A DNA stretch of 64,000 nt from Octopus sinensis (taxonomy: Eukaryota), in NCBI RefSeq assembly GCF_006345805.1, contig NC_043006.1, forward strand, positions 21,204,001 through 21,268,000. Direction: 5' to 3'. Numbering within the stretch: the stretch's first letter is position 1; each line of letters starts with the position of its first letter. A program made the position numbers and the translations under genes. Shown one piece after another: positions 36,074 through 50,915 of the stretch. Below the pieces are notes generated by a model, which saw only the letters and a list, made by a program, of their open reading frames with translations, did no database searches and was not told where the DNA came from.

Positions 36074-38775
36074 ATATATGATAGTATGGAAAGAGGTTGT
36101 TTGTCGTATGGATATTTAGACAGGGGTACAACGGATTCGCTCTATATCAATAAACGATACTGGAAATTCCACATGAGTTTATGTGTTTATTGTTGGTTCT
36201 CCTTCGGTATTAGTGCCTTACGCTTTTCGAAATTTCAATTGTCGCCATCTTTTGGATATAGGAGAAAAATTTATAACAATAAAAGGACAATGGAGAACGC
36301 CTCCATAGAATAATCAAAAATTTATTATAATAGTGAAATCATGTTGCATACACATGTTTTAGTTTGTTGCATAGATTCATATTAATGCCTACCTTATCAA
36401 TATTTATGCTTATATCGTTTTCTCATTTACGGCCGCTGCTACTGTTATAAATGCCATCATTTATAACAGGAGAGAAAGGAGCTCACACTGTATACATAGA
36501 GTTAAACATACATTAAAAAAAGGTAAATAGATTCCAATGAATATAATCAAATTGAAACTCTTTATTAATAATACAATTATACATTATACATAGGAGTAAT
36601 TCTATAAAGTTAAATATACCTCCGTTGAATTAAAATTGTTCTAGTTAAAAATTAAGCTTAGTCAATATAATATCTAGGGATAGTACTTTATACCTAAGAA
36701 TAGTACTTATGCACGATTAATTAAACAGACGAATAATGTAAGAGCACAAAATATCAACTAATATATCTAAATATATTATACTAATAATAAGAGTGGAAAG
36801 GGAAATTTTGTCTCCCCACAAAAATTAAAAATATAAATTTATCGAATTTAAATAAATTGAATTAAAATAAACACTATATGAATAGTATAATACCACATAA
36901 GCTCTTAAAGTTCAAAAATATTTTTTCTTTGTGTTTAAATGTGATAATACAAATGTCAATTGTGTATATGATACTTTAGAATCCCACTTCTATACTATTA
37001 GATAAATAGAAAAAAATAGGAACCACCACTATCTAATAATAAATCTAAAGAATAAAATGTATTACAACAACTAATAAACTTCTTACAATAAGAATAAATA
37101 AAAAAAAATAGATGAAAGATATCAAATGAGTACATACATAGATCTATTTTTCTTACCAATAAATAAGAACATATAAATGAATATACATTGTAAGCACGAT
37201 TGATAATATAAATGGTAAAAGCAAAATACAAACCTGTATAGTTAAGGAATAATTTGCTTACAAACGTACTTAGCAGTAAAGTATTGCACCTCTAAAAAGT
37301 TTAGTAGTATTATTACCTAGTTCCTCTTAACTATGACTATTCCCTGTCTAGTGGGATTTAAAATTCATCCTCTAGCTATTTTTCGAGCAGTATCCAAGAC
37401 CACTTGCTAAAGTTCAATTTCAGTTGAACCCTCCATCCATGAGGATGCATGAAGAAATAGCAGCCATAATTTTACCATCTGAACAGTCTATTATAGCCCT
37501 GACGAAGGTTTTTGCTTTTTCAAATTCATAATGCGATTCAATTGCATTAATATGAATCTAAGCAACTAACTGAAACACGTGTAAGTGACATGATTTCACT
37601 ATTATAATAAATATATTAATTATTCTATGAATGCATTCTCCATTATCCTTGTATTGTTATATATATATATATATATATGTAAATTCGGGTTGTCAACCAT
37701 GTTATTCTCGGATTTAATCAACGTTATTTTATGATACGTTGGGATCAGTAAATCTTATCTTGTACATCTGAATCTACCGCTCCTGCTTCATCACATTTTT
37801 ACGATATTAATTATAGCATGGTATATATATATATATGTGTAGTACGAGGTATATGTGTGTGTATGTGTATCCGTGTGTGTGTGTTAATATCTGCATGTGT
37901 ATGTTTGTGCGTATGTGCGTGCGTGTGTGTGTGTGTGTGTCCGTATGTATGTATATGCATCTATGTGTGTGTGTGTTGTGTGTGTGCATGTATGTTTAAT
38001 TGTTTTGGTGGATGAGATTCTTGAATATATTTTGTGGCTGTGTTGGCCCTATGACCCTCCAGGGATTTCAACTTGACAGGGTTCGAATGACAGATGGAGT
38101 AGAATGAATACTATGATGAAATAGCTGTAAGACCTGCTAAATCACCAACCCGATCAGTCGGACCGCAAACACACACACACACACACCAATTCATAAGCAC
38201 ACATACACATACACACATTCTCACAGATTACCTCTCACATACGCAAGTGCACGCCGACAATAGACGCATACAAATTCAGAAATAAGAGCGAATTCCTCTC
38301 TCATCTCAGTATAGTGTGTGTGTGTGTGTGCGTGCGTGTGCGCGTATGTGTGTGTGTGTGTGTGTTTTTATGCATCACGTGTAGCATTAACAAAAGATCC
38401 TTTTCCACAGGATCCTGTCCTGAATTACTGGGTCCCGCTGTGGCTTATCCTCACCTTCCGATGCATATTTTCATTCTTATTTTCCCCAATCAATGCCTAC
38501 CTTGATTTCTCGTGCCTCTAATTATCTGTGATTACAACATTTGTCTTAGCAAACGAGTGTTCTCCATTTCTTTATGATAAAGAGCTTGATTTTCTCTAAC
38601 TGAGGATATTCCTACCTTTCTCTTTTCGAGGTCTGTTAAAGAAAAATTTCTTTGTCCGTTAAAGAAAAGTTGAAACTGTGTCGAAGTGCGAACATTGGTT
38701 GATAGTCATGTCAGTTAATCTATCCAGTGTGTACCGCGAACCTCTCTTTATATCATACATTATGGACAATAGACA

Positions 38776-39160
38776 TGGAAGCACTCCGTCGGTTACGACG
38801 ATGAGGGTTCCGGTTGATCCGAATCAACGGAACAGCCTGCTCGTGAAATTAACGTGTAAGTGGCTGAGCACTCCACAGACACGTGCACCCTTAACGTAGT
38901 TCTCGGGGATATTCAGCATGACACAGAGAGTGACAAGGCCGGCCCCTTGAAATACAGGTACAACAGAAACAGGAAGTAAGAGTGAGAGAAAGTTGTGGTG
39001 AAAGAGTACAGCAGGGATCACCACCATCCCCATGCCGGAGCCTCTTGGAGCTTTTAGGTGTTTTCGCTCAATAAACACTCACAACGCCCGGTCTGGGAAT
39101 CGAAACCGCGATCCTATGACCGCGAGTCCGCTGCCCTAACCACTGGGCCATTGCGCCTCC
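38776..39160 (-). mobile_element. SINE family B, body type i, full length
   Basis: 15-bp TSD acattatgg(a/g)caata at 38757-38771 and 39161-39175. Confidence 0.93.
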
Positions 39161-40224
39161 ACATTATGGGCAATACCGGGAGAGTGAAGCAATAACGATT
39201 TTAATTGCTAAGCTACTGATTTACATATAAATACATGTCTTGTTGTGGTCTTCTCTACTCGCGATTCAAGACCAAGATCTAAGTATTTCAGAATGTTCCG
39301 GACTTAAAAATAGGATAGCTACAGCTAAGATAAAATGGGGGAAAGAGGTTTTATGTAGTATCGACCTGCTGTAAATAGCAGTCAAATTCCCCCACAAATC
39401 TGCTGTTGTATTAAATAACATTTCAGAAAATAGATTCCGAGTTATCATTTGTGTGAAAATAAGGCGATAAAGACAAGGGTTTCTTTTATTTATAAAACTA
39501 ATTGATCATGGCATAAGTATAGTCAGATAACAACTGCAGCAAAAATAACTCCATATAAATGTTTTCTTTCCTCTATATATGAAAGCAGAGTTATATGAGA
39601 GAGTCATACAAAAACGAAATAGCATACAAATAAAATTAAGTATATTGTTTCACAGATGCAGTGACAACTTCCACAAGAATATCTCACACCTTTTATTTCT
39701 ATAAACATTTGAGCAGTATACATTCTTAGAATTGCTGATATTACAGATTCATAATTTATCATTATCTCTGTAGATTCGTTTTCTAACATTAAGCAATTTT
39801 TTTTCTTTCGTTATTTTAGCGCCTTCTTCGGAAAACATGCAAGCTTAATCTCAAAGATATTATCTTCAAATAAAACCAACCTTTTATGTTGAGACAAAAA
39901 ATAGATGAAATATTTGAACGAAAATGCACTGCAATTTCATTCAGCCAACTCGACTCTTATAATATCGAACTTTCCAATTCGCTTCACGTTCATAAAGATG
40001 GAAGTACGCAGTACGTTTTAATTTATATTTTTAAACATACATATGTGCACGCACAAACACAATACACACACACAAACACACACACACTCGCTCATACGCC
40101 CACAAACACAGGTCCATACACATAAAAATACACCACAAGTATAGATACACCAAGCACAGATAAAAGTAAGGCATATAGAGCAAAGTGAAAATTGTTTACT
40201 TCATGACCAGAAATATGTGCGCAG

Positions 40225-40490
<266 letters not shown>

Positions 40491-40748
40491 CAGTTGCAGG
40501 ATTCATCTAAATATATCAACATGTAGGGACTGGATGGATGTTTAGTATTATGCCTACTGTTATTGAAACACCTCATAGTTGTTTATTGGTAGTATAATTT
40601 ATGTACATGCGCACGCACATCTATAAATAAATAATAAACAAATATATATATATATATATATATAAATATACTATAAAATATATATATATATATATAATTA
40701 TAATACATATATATACATATATATATACACATATATATATATACCATA

Positions 40749-40836
<88 letters not shown>

Positions 40837-41458
40837 GAAATGAAGAAATGAAGAAAATGCTGACAAAATAATTTAAGTAATTTAAGTAATTTAATTAGGT
40901 GAAAGTTCTTTTTACCGGTTGCGCATTTGTTATGCTTATCAAAAGATTAGAGTTCCTTTCTGACTTTATGTTGGGTTTGCTGTCTCTCAAGAGATCTACT
41001 GCGAGCAGCTTGAGCGACTTGAGTCAGTGAAAATTTTTATGAAAGTTTTCTAACGTTGGTAGTTAAACATTTTTAAAAAAAATCAATAGAATGTCTCATT
41101 ACAAATTTATTTTATTTGTTTGTTCATTTTGCATAATTTTAAATGCTACACAATGACACGGAATAAGACCTCCTGAATTTTCCATTTATTTTTCAGCGTA
41201 CGTGCCTTGAATATACTGTACTTCTGATATGAAGCCACTGGTAACCTACATGTGAATAGTTGTGATGTACCCATTAAAAAGAAAATATTTTACACTTTAT
41301 TTCATTTCAGTTTACGCACTGCTTGTTGAAAAACACACCACACACACACACACACACACACACATGCACACATATCAATGTTATATAAATGTTTATTTTC
41401 CATCTAAACAAATTTGATTATGAATGGTTTTCTTATTAAAAGTGTGTATGCATATATA

Positions 41459-41639
41459 AGAGGGTATGCTGAAAATTTCCTGGCTTTGGGTAAAAGGAAA
41501 TATAGGTGAATCAGCTAGAATCGTAACTTTATTCGACATATTCCCCTCTCAGATTCACACACTTATTGCAGTGGTCTTTCAGTTTTTCTGAGGCCTTTCG
41601 CGGCACCCTTAAAGCCAGGAACTTTTAAACACCCCTTCT
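41459..41639 (-). mobile_element. Mariner deletion derivative (~180 bp)
   Basis: TIRs gagggtatgctgaaaatttcctggcttt / aaagccaggaacttttaaacacccct; the interior encodes the transposase end KDHCNKCVNLRGEYVE* on the minus strand. Confidence 0.82.
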
Positions 41640-41689
41640 GAACTCAATATACAACCAATGGAAGCTATTTTTACAAGGATAAAAAAAAA

Positions 41690-42720
41690 AATTAATTTCT
41701 TCCCTTAGTATCCTAGAAGTGTCAGCCGACAATTTCTTTGAACGTGTTTGGAATTGTCTCTTGGTAGTTGATTTTCTTTTATTGCAAGTTATCGAAAGGT
41801 TTGAAAATGCAATGATAGCGACCTCAGGAGTAAGCTGAATGAGGTATAGTTAGGCAACATTTTTCTTTAATTTTGCCTATATAATTTGCAAAACATTTAT
41901 CCAGGCGTTGTCCTGAAGAAAACTTAGTACTTTTCCATTGACTTATGTTGGGAACAGCCGTTGCAGTTCTTGGTGCAATCTGTCTCATTCCTGGCAGTAC
42001 AACTTGGCTGGTATGGCTTCATCAACATTCAGGAAATAATGTATGACTTCTCCTGCCGAAGACCAAATAAAACTTTTGATGCAGATTTTAGAGGGGTAAA
42101 CAGATTTGGTGCATTAACTGGATTTAGTTCATTTCGCTAAATGGCGTCATTTGTTTGTATAGAATTCCCTTTTCGTCACATGTCATACGTTCAAGAAATA
42201 GATCGTTTTAGCTGTGCTAAAGAAGTATAGAGCAGATTTCGGGACAGCGATTGCTTTATTATTTTGCACAGACCTTGTTGCGACTATTTGTGTTACAAGT
42301 TCAAACTAATATGGAGTGAGCAACATTAAGTTAATTTACAATCTTTAAAATTGTTTTGAGTGCTTACGGCTCAGTAAAGGCTTTCAATCGGTCATTGTCA
42401 ACTATAACTAATTGTCTGCGGCCTTCATTCAAGGCTCACTGGTTTAATACAAAATTTTTGGAAGTAATGTTGATCTGTATGTTTGTTAACAGTACCCTGT
42501 CCAAGTACTTGGTTAATATTTCAAGTAGTTCCCCTTGGTTTTTCATCCCATTTTGCACTCATGCAACAAAAAAAATTCTCGAATTTTCATTTTTTTCCCT
42601 ATCTTTCATTTGACAATTTTAAAATAACCATCTTCAAACAGTCAATGCTCAATCATTAGCGTCAAACAAAATGCGTTTCCAGGTGTTATAATTCGGGACA
42701 AGAAAGAAATGAAAGTTTAC
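41690..42720 (-). mobile_element. Highly decayed near-full-length mariner
   Basis: Minus-strand remnants such as LLHECKMG, NINQVLGQGTV, FQKF, VDNDRLKA and QDNA. Confidence 0.7.
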
Positions 42721-42898
42721 TGCAAAATAAGCTTCAAATTATAAAATAATAAAAGCTACAACTATTTTTGTCCATCAAGCTAATGTAATTTTATAAGCAA
42801 GGAAATTCTACAATCCCCAAAATTTATAAAGCTCAGTCTCAGATTAGCGTAAATCTCATTTTCGAAATAATCATAGTTCATATAACATAAACTTATTC

Positions 42899-42969
<71 letters not shown>

Positions 42970-43150
42970 GTGGTGGGGTGGGGGGGTGATGATGATGGCG
43001 ACGATGAGGATGACGACGACGACGATGATGATGATGGTGATGATGGTGGGGGGATGATGATGATGATGATGGCGACGATGATGATTGCAACGATGATGAT
43101 GATGACGACGACGACGATGATGATGATGATAACGATAACGATAACGATGA
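42899..43150. repeat. (GAT)n/(GAC)n repeat
   Basis: Read directly. Confidence 0.95.
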
Positions 43151-43449
43151 TATAAAAGGTAAACGATGAAAATGGTGATGATTGTGTTCACGGTGGTAAA
43201 TATAATCAGGGGGAAGGTCAAACATATTAATGCTAATATCGATTAGTGTAGTTCTGTTAGCCTTAGATACTTTGTATCTTTTGCTTTATAGAGTCATTAG
43301 ACTGCTGGAGCCGTTCTGGGGCCCCGACTTGAAGAACTTTTTGTCAAATGATTCCAACTCCAGACCGCTTTTTGTTAAGTCTGCTAATTATTCAATCGTT
43401 CTCTTTTGCCGAAATACTAAGTTACAGTACAATTATACCCGTCTTATGC

Positions 43450-44409
43450 TGCTGTTGTTGTTTTGTTTATTCTTTCTACGGCATGGATCCTTCACTACAC
43501 CTTATATGTTCATTATCTAGTAGTTCCATTCACCTCATACTGCGTATATTTGGAATTTTTGCAACTTTATGTATTTATCTAAATACTTCATTCTGTCCAT
43601 ACTTTATTTTATCCAAATTATTTTAATGATTGTTCTTTAATTTCAGTGCTTACATTCTGTTTAGCTACATATTTTTATGTTTGGATTATTTCTCTATTTC
43701 TCTCAGAAATACATTATTGACTATTGGGAATGACACTTGTAATCGAATAAGTTTCTCTTAATCAATTAAGAAATTTCTTCTCCCTGGCAGGACATCTTAA
43801 CAATATCCGATATTCTAGCATTGATCTACTTGTCTGCGTGAGCTGACGTATCTAAAACTATGGTAACTCTGTCATTTTCTAAACCTATTACCAGTCTGTA
43901 TCTATATTACCTATTCTCTGTCAGAATTTTCTAATGGTGGCAAACCTCCAATGCGGGAAAACTTTTAAATCTGTCAAGCATGCAGATGTATTCTTTCTTG
44001 ACTAAGAATTGGCGACCAGACACAATGCGGATGTTTCTTCTCAGCCTGAACACATTTTGCAGTTGCTTAATGTATTTTGCTTTATTACACCATTTTGAAG
44101 TTTCTGATGCGAAGGCTTTGACTCTCTGCTTAAATCAATAATCTTTTATTTTCAGCCGGTCTTACGAATTTTGCATTTCCTCCTTATTCAGTTTATTTTT
44201 CTTCTATCATTTACGTCATGTAAAGGCTTTCCTTTTCCTTCGATTTAGATGGCATTTCTGTAACAAAATTTTTCGCTTACAATTTAGCTTTTCGCGAGTT
44301 TTATCATTTCTCTTTTCTGTTCATAACACCTACGCATTTTAGCCTCTGTTTTGTGTTTGTTGGTTTCCTCGAAGACAGAACAGCCTTTCGTTTTGTTCGC
44401 GTTTTGCAA

Positions 44410-44474
<65 letters not shown>

Positions 44475-44503
44475 ATCTATCTATCTATCTATCTATCTAT
44501 CTA

Positions 44504-44545
<42 letters not shown>

Positions 44546-44550
44546 CCTAC

Positions 44551-44600
<50 letters not shown>

Positions 44601-44795
44601 AAATGTGAGAATAAAATTCTTTTCGAAAAGAATATTTTCTCGAAAAAAATTTTATCAATGGCCAGCATATTACAAAATACCTTTGACGGTTAAATTTATA
44701 AACAATTCATAAATGAGGGCAAAGGAAAAAATTCTAATGCAAAAAATTATAATTATATGGTTAATGGACAATATGTCCAATTTTTCGGCATATTT

Positions 44796-44869
<74 letters not shown>

Positions 44870-45980
44870 GTACACACACATACAAGTTATTTTATCATTC
44901 TTTACTTGACGTTTTATTGTCTTCCAGAGTATATTTCAACAGTAAGTTTCCAACTGCGTAAGATCCCTATTTCCCTGTATTCGAAGTAAATATGATCTAT
45001 CAGTATCAAATTTCAGTGGCATATAATAAATACAGGCATTGGTTTCCCTTCCTTTTCTTTCTTTCTTTCTTTCTTTCTTTTTTTTGCTTACACTTGCTTA
45101 TTCATTAAGCATAACATTTAGACTGACATCACTAGGAAAACTCGAATATTGATGACTATTACATTATTTTTTACATTTAGCTCTGTTTTGAGCATTAATA
45201 TCATACATCTGTAACAGTCTTTTTCTAACCCTTTCCTTTTCTAGTTTGTTGCCTACTTCACTGAGTATAGACAAGTGTTTTCTATAACTCTTTTATTTTT
45301 GTTCCTTTATACACCGTGATATTTTACCTCTCTTTAGGTCTGTGTTGACACATTTACTTTATCCCGGTCATATATTAAATACTGAAGTAAATTCATATAC
45401 CCACTACAGCTTAATTTGTAGATGTTATACGCTGTCCTCGACAAAGTGTAACGTCACCCATATACAAATGACAGTTGATTGTCCTACCATAGCATTTGTT
45501 TCGATTCCAGTCCTGTTTAAAGTATCGATTAATGCTGTCGTGCAGACAGAGAGCGAGTGATGAGAAGGCGACTCGTTGGAATATTATTTCTAATTACAAT
45601 AGAGTTAGTTTTATAATTCTCACATTTATTGTCTGGCTTATTTGTTTCTTTTGATGTCGATTTTTGCACAAACCATTTTCCCTACATTTTATGAACTACA
45701 TTCAAAATACACCCTCTCCTATTAAAATTGAGCCGAATGATATGATTTTTATTCCTGCTTTTTGTGATTTTTATAGTAGAGAATAGAATCGGCTTAGTGT
45801 TGGTACTGTATTATTAGGTCTTCGAACACTACAATATGATGATAAATAACTTGTGCATTAACGATCAATAAATTTTACATACTCACGTATACTTCAATAT
45901 TTTGTCATGCTTTCGATGTGATTGGTTGTGTTTTATTCGTTGTTAATTGAATTCTTCTGGTGCACACAAGCGGCGTTCAA
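43450..45980 (-). mobile_element. Decayed R4/Dong-like (RLE) non-LTR retrotransposon, interrupted by microsatellites
   Basis: CYGRTINCHLYMGD (YMDD-like) near 45453-45490; GKPLH and NCKMC remnants at 43.9-44.25 kb. Confidence 0.65.
44410..44600. repeat. (CTAT)n plus (TA)n
   Basis: Read directly. Confidence 0.95.
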
Positions 45981-46119
45981 GATTTCTGCTGTTTTCCGAT
46001 GCGCATCATATTAATATTTGGACGAAGCTGAAACGATGAAGGTCAGACACCTTTCCTTTCGGTCAAGACCTCATTGACATCAAGTTCTGATCTGAAAGAA
46101 AGAGAGAAGGTGAAAAGCG

Positions 46120-46460
46120 AAGGTTCTTCTTCGTCATCGTCGCCATATATCGTACGTCTGCAGTGAATTGATTACTCTAAAACGAAAGGCTTTCTGATTA
46201 AGCGCGAGTTCTCCAGTTGCCTTGCCACTCTTGTCCAACCAGCTCTTAATATTGTCCATCCATTGCATTCTTTACCTACCTCTTGATCTCTTACCCTCTA
46301 CTCTTCCATCCATGATATTGTTTTACAGACCTACACTTCTTCAAATATGACCATATTTTTCATAACGTTTGGGTGTTGTCGACTTTCATCTACTTTAAAA
46401 CCCATTCTTTGTAAGAAACTCGTAAATTCTCCTATACACTCACATTTCAAACGCTTGATT
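46120..46460 (-). mobile_element. RTE LINE 3' fragment
   Basis: FEM.VYRRI, IMDGRVEGKRSRGR and WMDNIKSW remnants ending in gaagaaga. Confidence 0.75.
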
Positions 46461-46463
46461 ATA

Positions 46464-46913
46464 TCTCTTTTACTTGTTTCGGTCATTTGACTGCGGCCAT
46501 GCTGGAGCACCGCCTTTAGTCGATCAAATCGACCCCGGGACTTATTCTTTGTAAGCCCAGTACTTATTCTATCGGTCTCCTTTGCCGAACCGCTAAGTGA
46601 CGGGGACGTAAACACACCAGCATCGGTTGTCAAGCAATGCTAGGGGGACAAACACAGACACACAAACACACACACACACACACACACACACATAGTATAT
46701 ATATATTATATATATATATATTATATATATATATATATATACATATATACGACAGGCTTCTTTCAGTTTCCGTCTACCAAATCCACTCACAAGGCATTGG
46801 TCGGCCAGGGGCTATAGTAGAAGACACTTTCCCAAGATGCCACGCAGTGGGACTGAACCCAGAACCATGTGGTTGTTTAGCAAGCTACTTACCACACAGC
46901 CACTCCTGCGTCT
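46464..46913 (-). mobile_element. SINE family A, full length
   Basis: High identity to the other A copies. Confidence 0.92.
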
Positions 46914-47187
46914 ATCTATTCAAATCTGTTCAGAATCCATGCTTCGCAACCATAAATGCTTGTTGGTCAAATGAGCGCTTGAACTAGCCTTGTTTTAAAC
47001 TAAATTCAGACACTTTTATTGCACAGAAACATTATTAACATTTTCCATGGATATGCCTTCCTCCTGTGAACTTATCAAAAGTGATATGAATAATGCGAAA
47101 ATGCTTAGAAGGAATGGGAATACTTTAGCAAGTGTCTATAGATTCACGAACAATACTTGGTTCCCAGTGAGATCTTGAATCTGTGGA

Positions 47188-47515
47188 TGGAAGCACTCCG
47201 TCGGTTACGACGACGAGGGTTCCGGTTGATCCGAATCAACGGAACAGCCTGCTCGTGAAATTAACGTGTAAGTGGCCGAGCACTCCACAGACACGTGTAC
47301 CCTTAACGTAGTTCTCGGGGATATTCAGCGTGACACAGAGAGTGACAAAGCCAGCCCTTTGAAATACAGGTACAACAGAAACAGGAAGTAAGAGTGGGAG
47401 AAAGTTGTGGTGAAAGAGTACAGCAGGGATCACCACCATCCCCTGCCGGAGACTCGTGGAGCTTTAGGTGTTTTCGCTCAATAAACACTCACAACGCCCG
47501 GTCTGTGAATCGAAA
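47188..47515 (-). mobile_element. SINE family B, body type i, head truncated
   Basis: Matches 38776-39160. Confidence 0.9.
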
Positions 47516-48076
47516 TCTTGAAACTGTAGTACTCCTTGATTTGCTCAAAACGGATATCCTCACTATAAAGAGGACTGCATCTCCCATATATTTATACCTT
47601 TTGTATGTATACTTATCATCTAGTTTCTTCTCTTCGTGTTTTCTCTTTTTCCCCATCTGACATATTTTGTACCCACCAAATAAATTTTAGCCTGTTTTTG
47701 TAATGTTTCACAAAATTCCGCGAAGAAATACCAGAGAAAATACGTTTCTGTACTACGTACATATCATAAAACTACCTTCGACTCTAAATACGTTCAACTC
47801 TAACACAACGACCAGAAGTTACACTGGGAGGGGAAATAACTCTGATCTAAAAGTCACTTTGATTTCCAACAGACTAAGCTACATAATTAAAATCCAAAGT
47901 CACGGAGAAAGAATATTTTTCAGAAAAGAGTATAAAACAATTAATAAAGCATAAACTTATACCAGGCATTTCTAAATAATCTTGATCAAGAAAGCGAAAT
48001 CAGAAGACGATCGAAATCTGAGAATGATTTACACGTAGAAAATTTAAAGGATGTAGATTATAAACATGATGATTTA

Positions 48077-48285
48077 TTCTCTTATTTGTTTCAGTCTTGA
48101 CTGCGGCCATGCTGGAGCAGCACTCTTAGTCGAACAATTTAGAATCTAGAACTTATTCTTCGTAAGCTTAGTACTTATTCTGTCGGTCTGTTTTGTCGAA
48201 CCACTAAGTTACCGGGACGTAGACACACCAACAAGCGGTGATGGGGTGGAGGGACAAATACAGGCACACAAACATCCACATATAT
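48077..48285 (-). mobile_element. SINE family A, 3' module
   Basis: ttgtttcagtcttgactgcggccatgctggagc... Confidence 0.8.
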
Positions 48286-48287
48286 GC

Positions 48288-48325
<38 letters not shown>

Positions 48326-48900
48326 GGGAGAGAGAGAAAGTTAGAGAGAGATGTTATAGCCCTCTAAGGGACAGAAGTATCCAGAGGCACTTCTGATAAT
48401 TACCTCGGTATGTATGGTCCTTGGTATAAAGGTATACGGCAGCAGGTAATTTTAAAAAGGTAAACCATAGTTTAATATATATATAGACGATCAGAAAATG
48501 GAAGAAGAACTACAAATAGAAGTGTATCTTCGGTGCTGAAAAGTCATTATTTAATTAGTTAAGTAAGGTGAAGATAAGGAGTGAGTTTACAGCTGTTACT
48601 GTGTACTATGCTGCGGTAAATATGTATTTACATCGTTGCAAATGGTAGACGCCATCAGAACGAAGACGGCTGAGATAGACAAAGACGAGAATAGAGCGAA
48701 AGATAGAAGGAGAAATCGGAAAAAGAAAATGCTCGGTGATTCGAAAGTCTTACATTTTAGTTGGGTTCAAAGTTCATTAAATCCATTGTGATGCAGTTGA
48801 AGAATAGAGGTTGGTTGAATTTGCTTAACTCATTAAATAATGGCATTTTAGCACCAAAGATACACTTCAATTTGTTTTTTTTTCTCCGTTTTCTGATCAT

Positions 48901-48949
<49 letters not shown>

Positions 48950-48970
48950 GTGTGTGTGTGTGTGTGTGTG

Positions 48971-49129
48971 TATACGACGGGCTTTTTCAGTTTTCGACTA
49001 CCAAATCCACTCACAAGTCTTGGTCTGCGCGAGGCTATAGTAGAAGACACTTGCCCAAGGTACCACGCAGCGGGACTGAACCTGGAACCATGTGGTTGAT
49101 AAACATACTACACAGCCACTCCTGCGCCT
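48971..49129 (-). mobile_element. SINE family A, 5' module only
   Basis: tatacgacgggc...cagccactcctgcgcct, abutting (TG)n. Confidence 0.85.
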
Positions 49130-50138
49130 TTAAAGGCAGAAATAATAAAAATATTGAAATTGATAATTGATGATTTCTGGAACATTAGCTGTAAATAGCA
49201 TCAGTAAAAAGATAGTAAATTATACAAGTCATGTACCAATGACTATTAAGCTGGTAGATACCAAAGAGAAAGAAGTATTAAAAAGAAGCTAATCCCGTCT
49301 ATATTAAAAGAAGAATATTCCAAAATCTCGTCCTTCATTATGTTTTTGACTGGTGTTTCTCACTGTTAATCGACATGCGATACCAGACTGTGTTTTGGCT
49401 TGGATGTAAATGCTATAAGAGGACAATGAGCCATATTTTGTATATGCGTAACCTTAATTTCTATGCTACAGATAGTAAACAACTCGAAAAACTAATTGAC
49501 GACAGTTTTTGATTTCATTAAGATAATTGATATGAGATCCGATTTAGAAAAAATATCTATACATAATCTCGAGAGAGAAAAAAACAAATAAAAGCTAATA
49601 GTAAAATGGTAGATAAAATAACAGAAGTAAGAGAATTAGATCAAACACTATCTACAAATGCTTAAAAGTTAATGATCTAGATGTTGAACAACGTATATAA
49701 AAGGAAAAAAATATGGAGGAATATTATATATGTAAAAGATAAATATTTAAATCAGAACGAAATGTGAAATAATAGACATTAATGTTGAAGCTATCACAAT
49801 AAGTTACTGATATATTATTCACTGGAAGCTAAATAGATTAACATGATTAAACAGGATTACAAGAAATATTATTGCATTTAGAGTATGCCACCCAAAATAT
49901 ACGGGGAAATTATGATTAATACTATTATTTATTATTATTATTATTATGAATACACTAACTTAGGAGTCTTCTGCGACTAGAAAATTATTGTAAAGTGTCT
50001 ACAGTGGGATTGCAAAAATATCAAATTAGAAACTAGCAAAATTAATACAATAACGTATTCATTCTCAATATATTCTGACTGATTCGCATGTGAATATTTG
50101 ATCGCTGTTACTTTTCACTATTGATTGCACGCAGAACA

Positions 50139-50466
50139 GTGAAGGTACATGGTTTAGTGGTTAGGGTGTTCGGCGTGCGATCGTAAGGTCGTGAGTTCAA
50201 TTCCCGGCGACACATTGTGTCCTTCATCAAGGCACTTTATTTCACGTTGCCCCAGTCCACTCAGCTGGCAAAAATGTGTAGTATCTATATTTCAAAGGGC
50301 TAGTCTTGTCACAATCTGTGTCACACTGAATCACCCTGAAAACTACGTTTAGGGTAGACGAGTCCGTGGAGTGCTCAGCCACTTGCACGTTAATTTTATG
50401 AGCAGGCTGTTCTATTAATCGGATGTACTGAAACTATAGTCGTCGTAACTGACAGAGTACCGGTTA
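50139..50466 (+). mobile_element. SINE: head D plus body type i
   Basis: 11-bp TSD cacgcagaaca at 50128-50138 and 50467-50477. Confidence 0.8.
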
Positions 50467-50498
50467 CACGCAGAACAAGATAGCATTTTTTCATTCTT

Positions 50499-50915
50499 AA
50501 TACCTATTTCTTTACTGCCCACAAGGGGCTACACACAGAGGGGACAAACAAGGACAGACAAACGGATTAAGTTGATTATATCGACCCCAGTTCGCAACTG
50601 GTACTTATTTAATCGACCCTGAAAAGATGAAAGGCAAAGTCGACCTCGGCGGAATTTGAACTCAGAACGTAGCGGCAGACGAAATACCTATTTCTTTATT
50701 ACCCACAAGGGGCTAAACATAGATGGGACAAACAAGGACAGACATAGGTATTAAGTCGATTCCATCGACCCCAGTGCGTAACTGGTACTTAATTTATCGA
50801 CCCCGAAAAGATGAAAGGCAAAGTCGACCTCGGCGGAATTTGAACTCAGAACGTAGCGGCAGACGAAATACCGCTAAACATTTCGTCCAGCGTGCTAACG
50901 ATTCTGCCAGCTCGT
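50499..50915 (-). mobile_element. SINE family C, two-unit form
   Basis: Same two-unit architecture as 24049-24462. Confidence 0.92.

Noticed and set aside
37495-37530. Hammerhead-like ctgacgaagg
   Set aside because: Lacks the GAAA core and cleavage-site helices.
36500-37540. Mitochondrial insertion (NUMT) or membrane-protein gene in very AT-rich DNA
   Set aside because: No recognisable ND, COX or rRNA motif in any frame I tried; hydrophobic ORF 36998-37231 is explained by T-richness.
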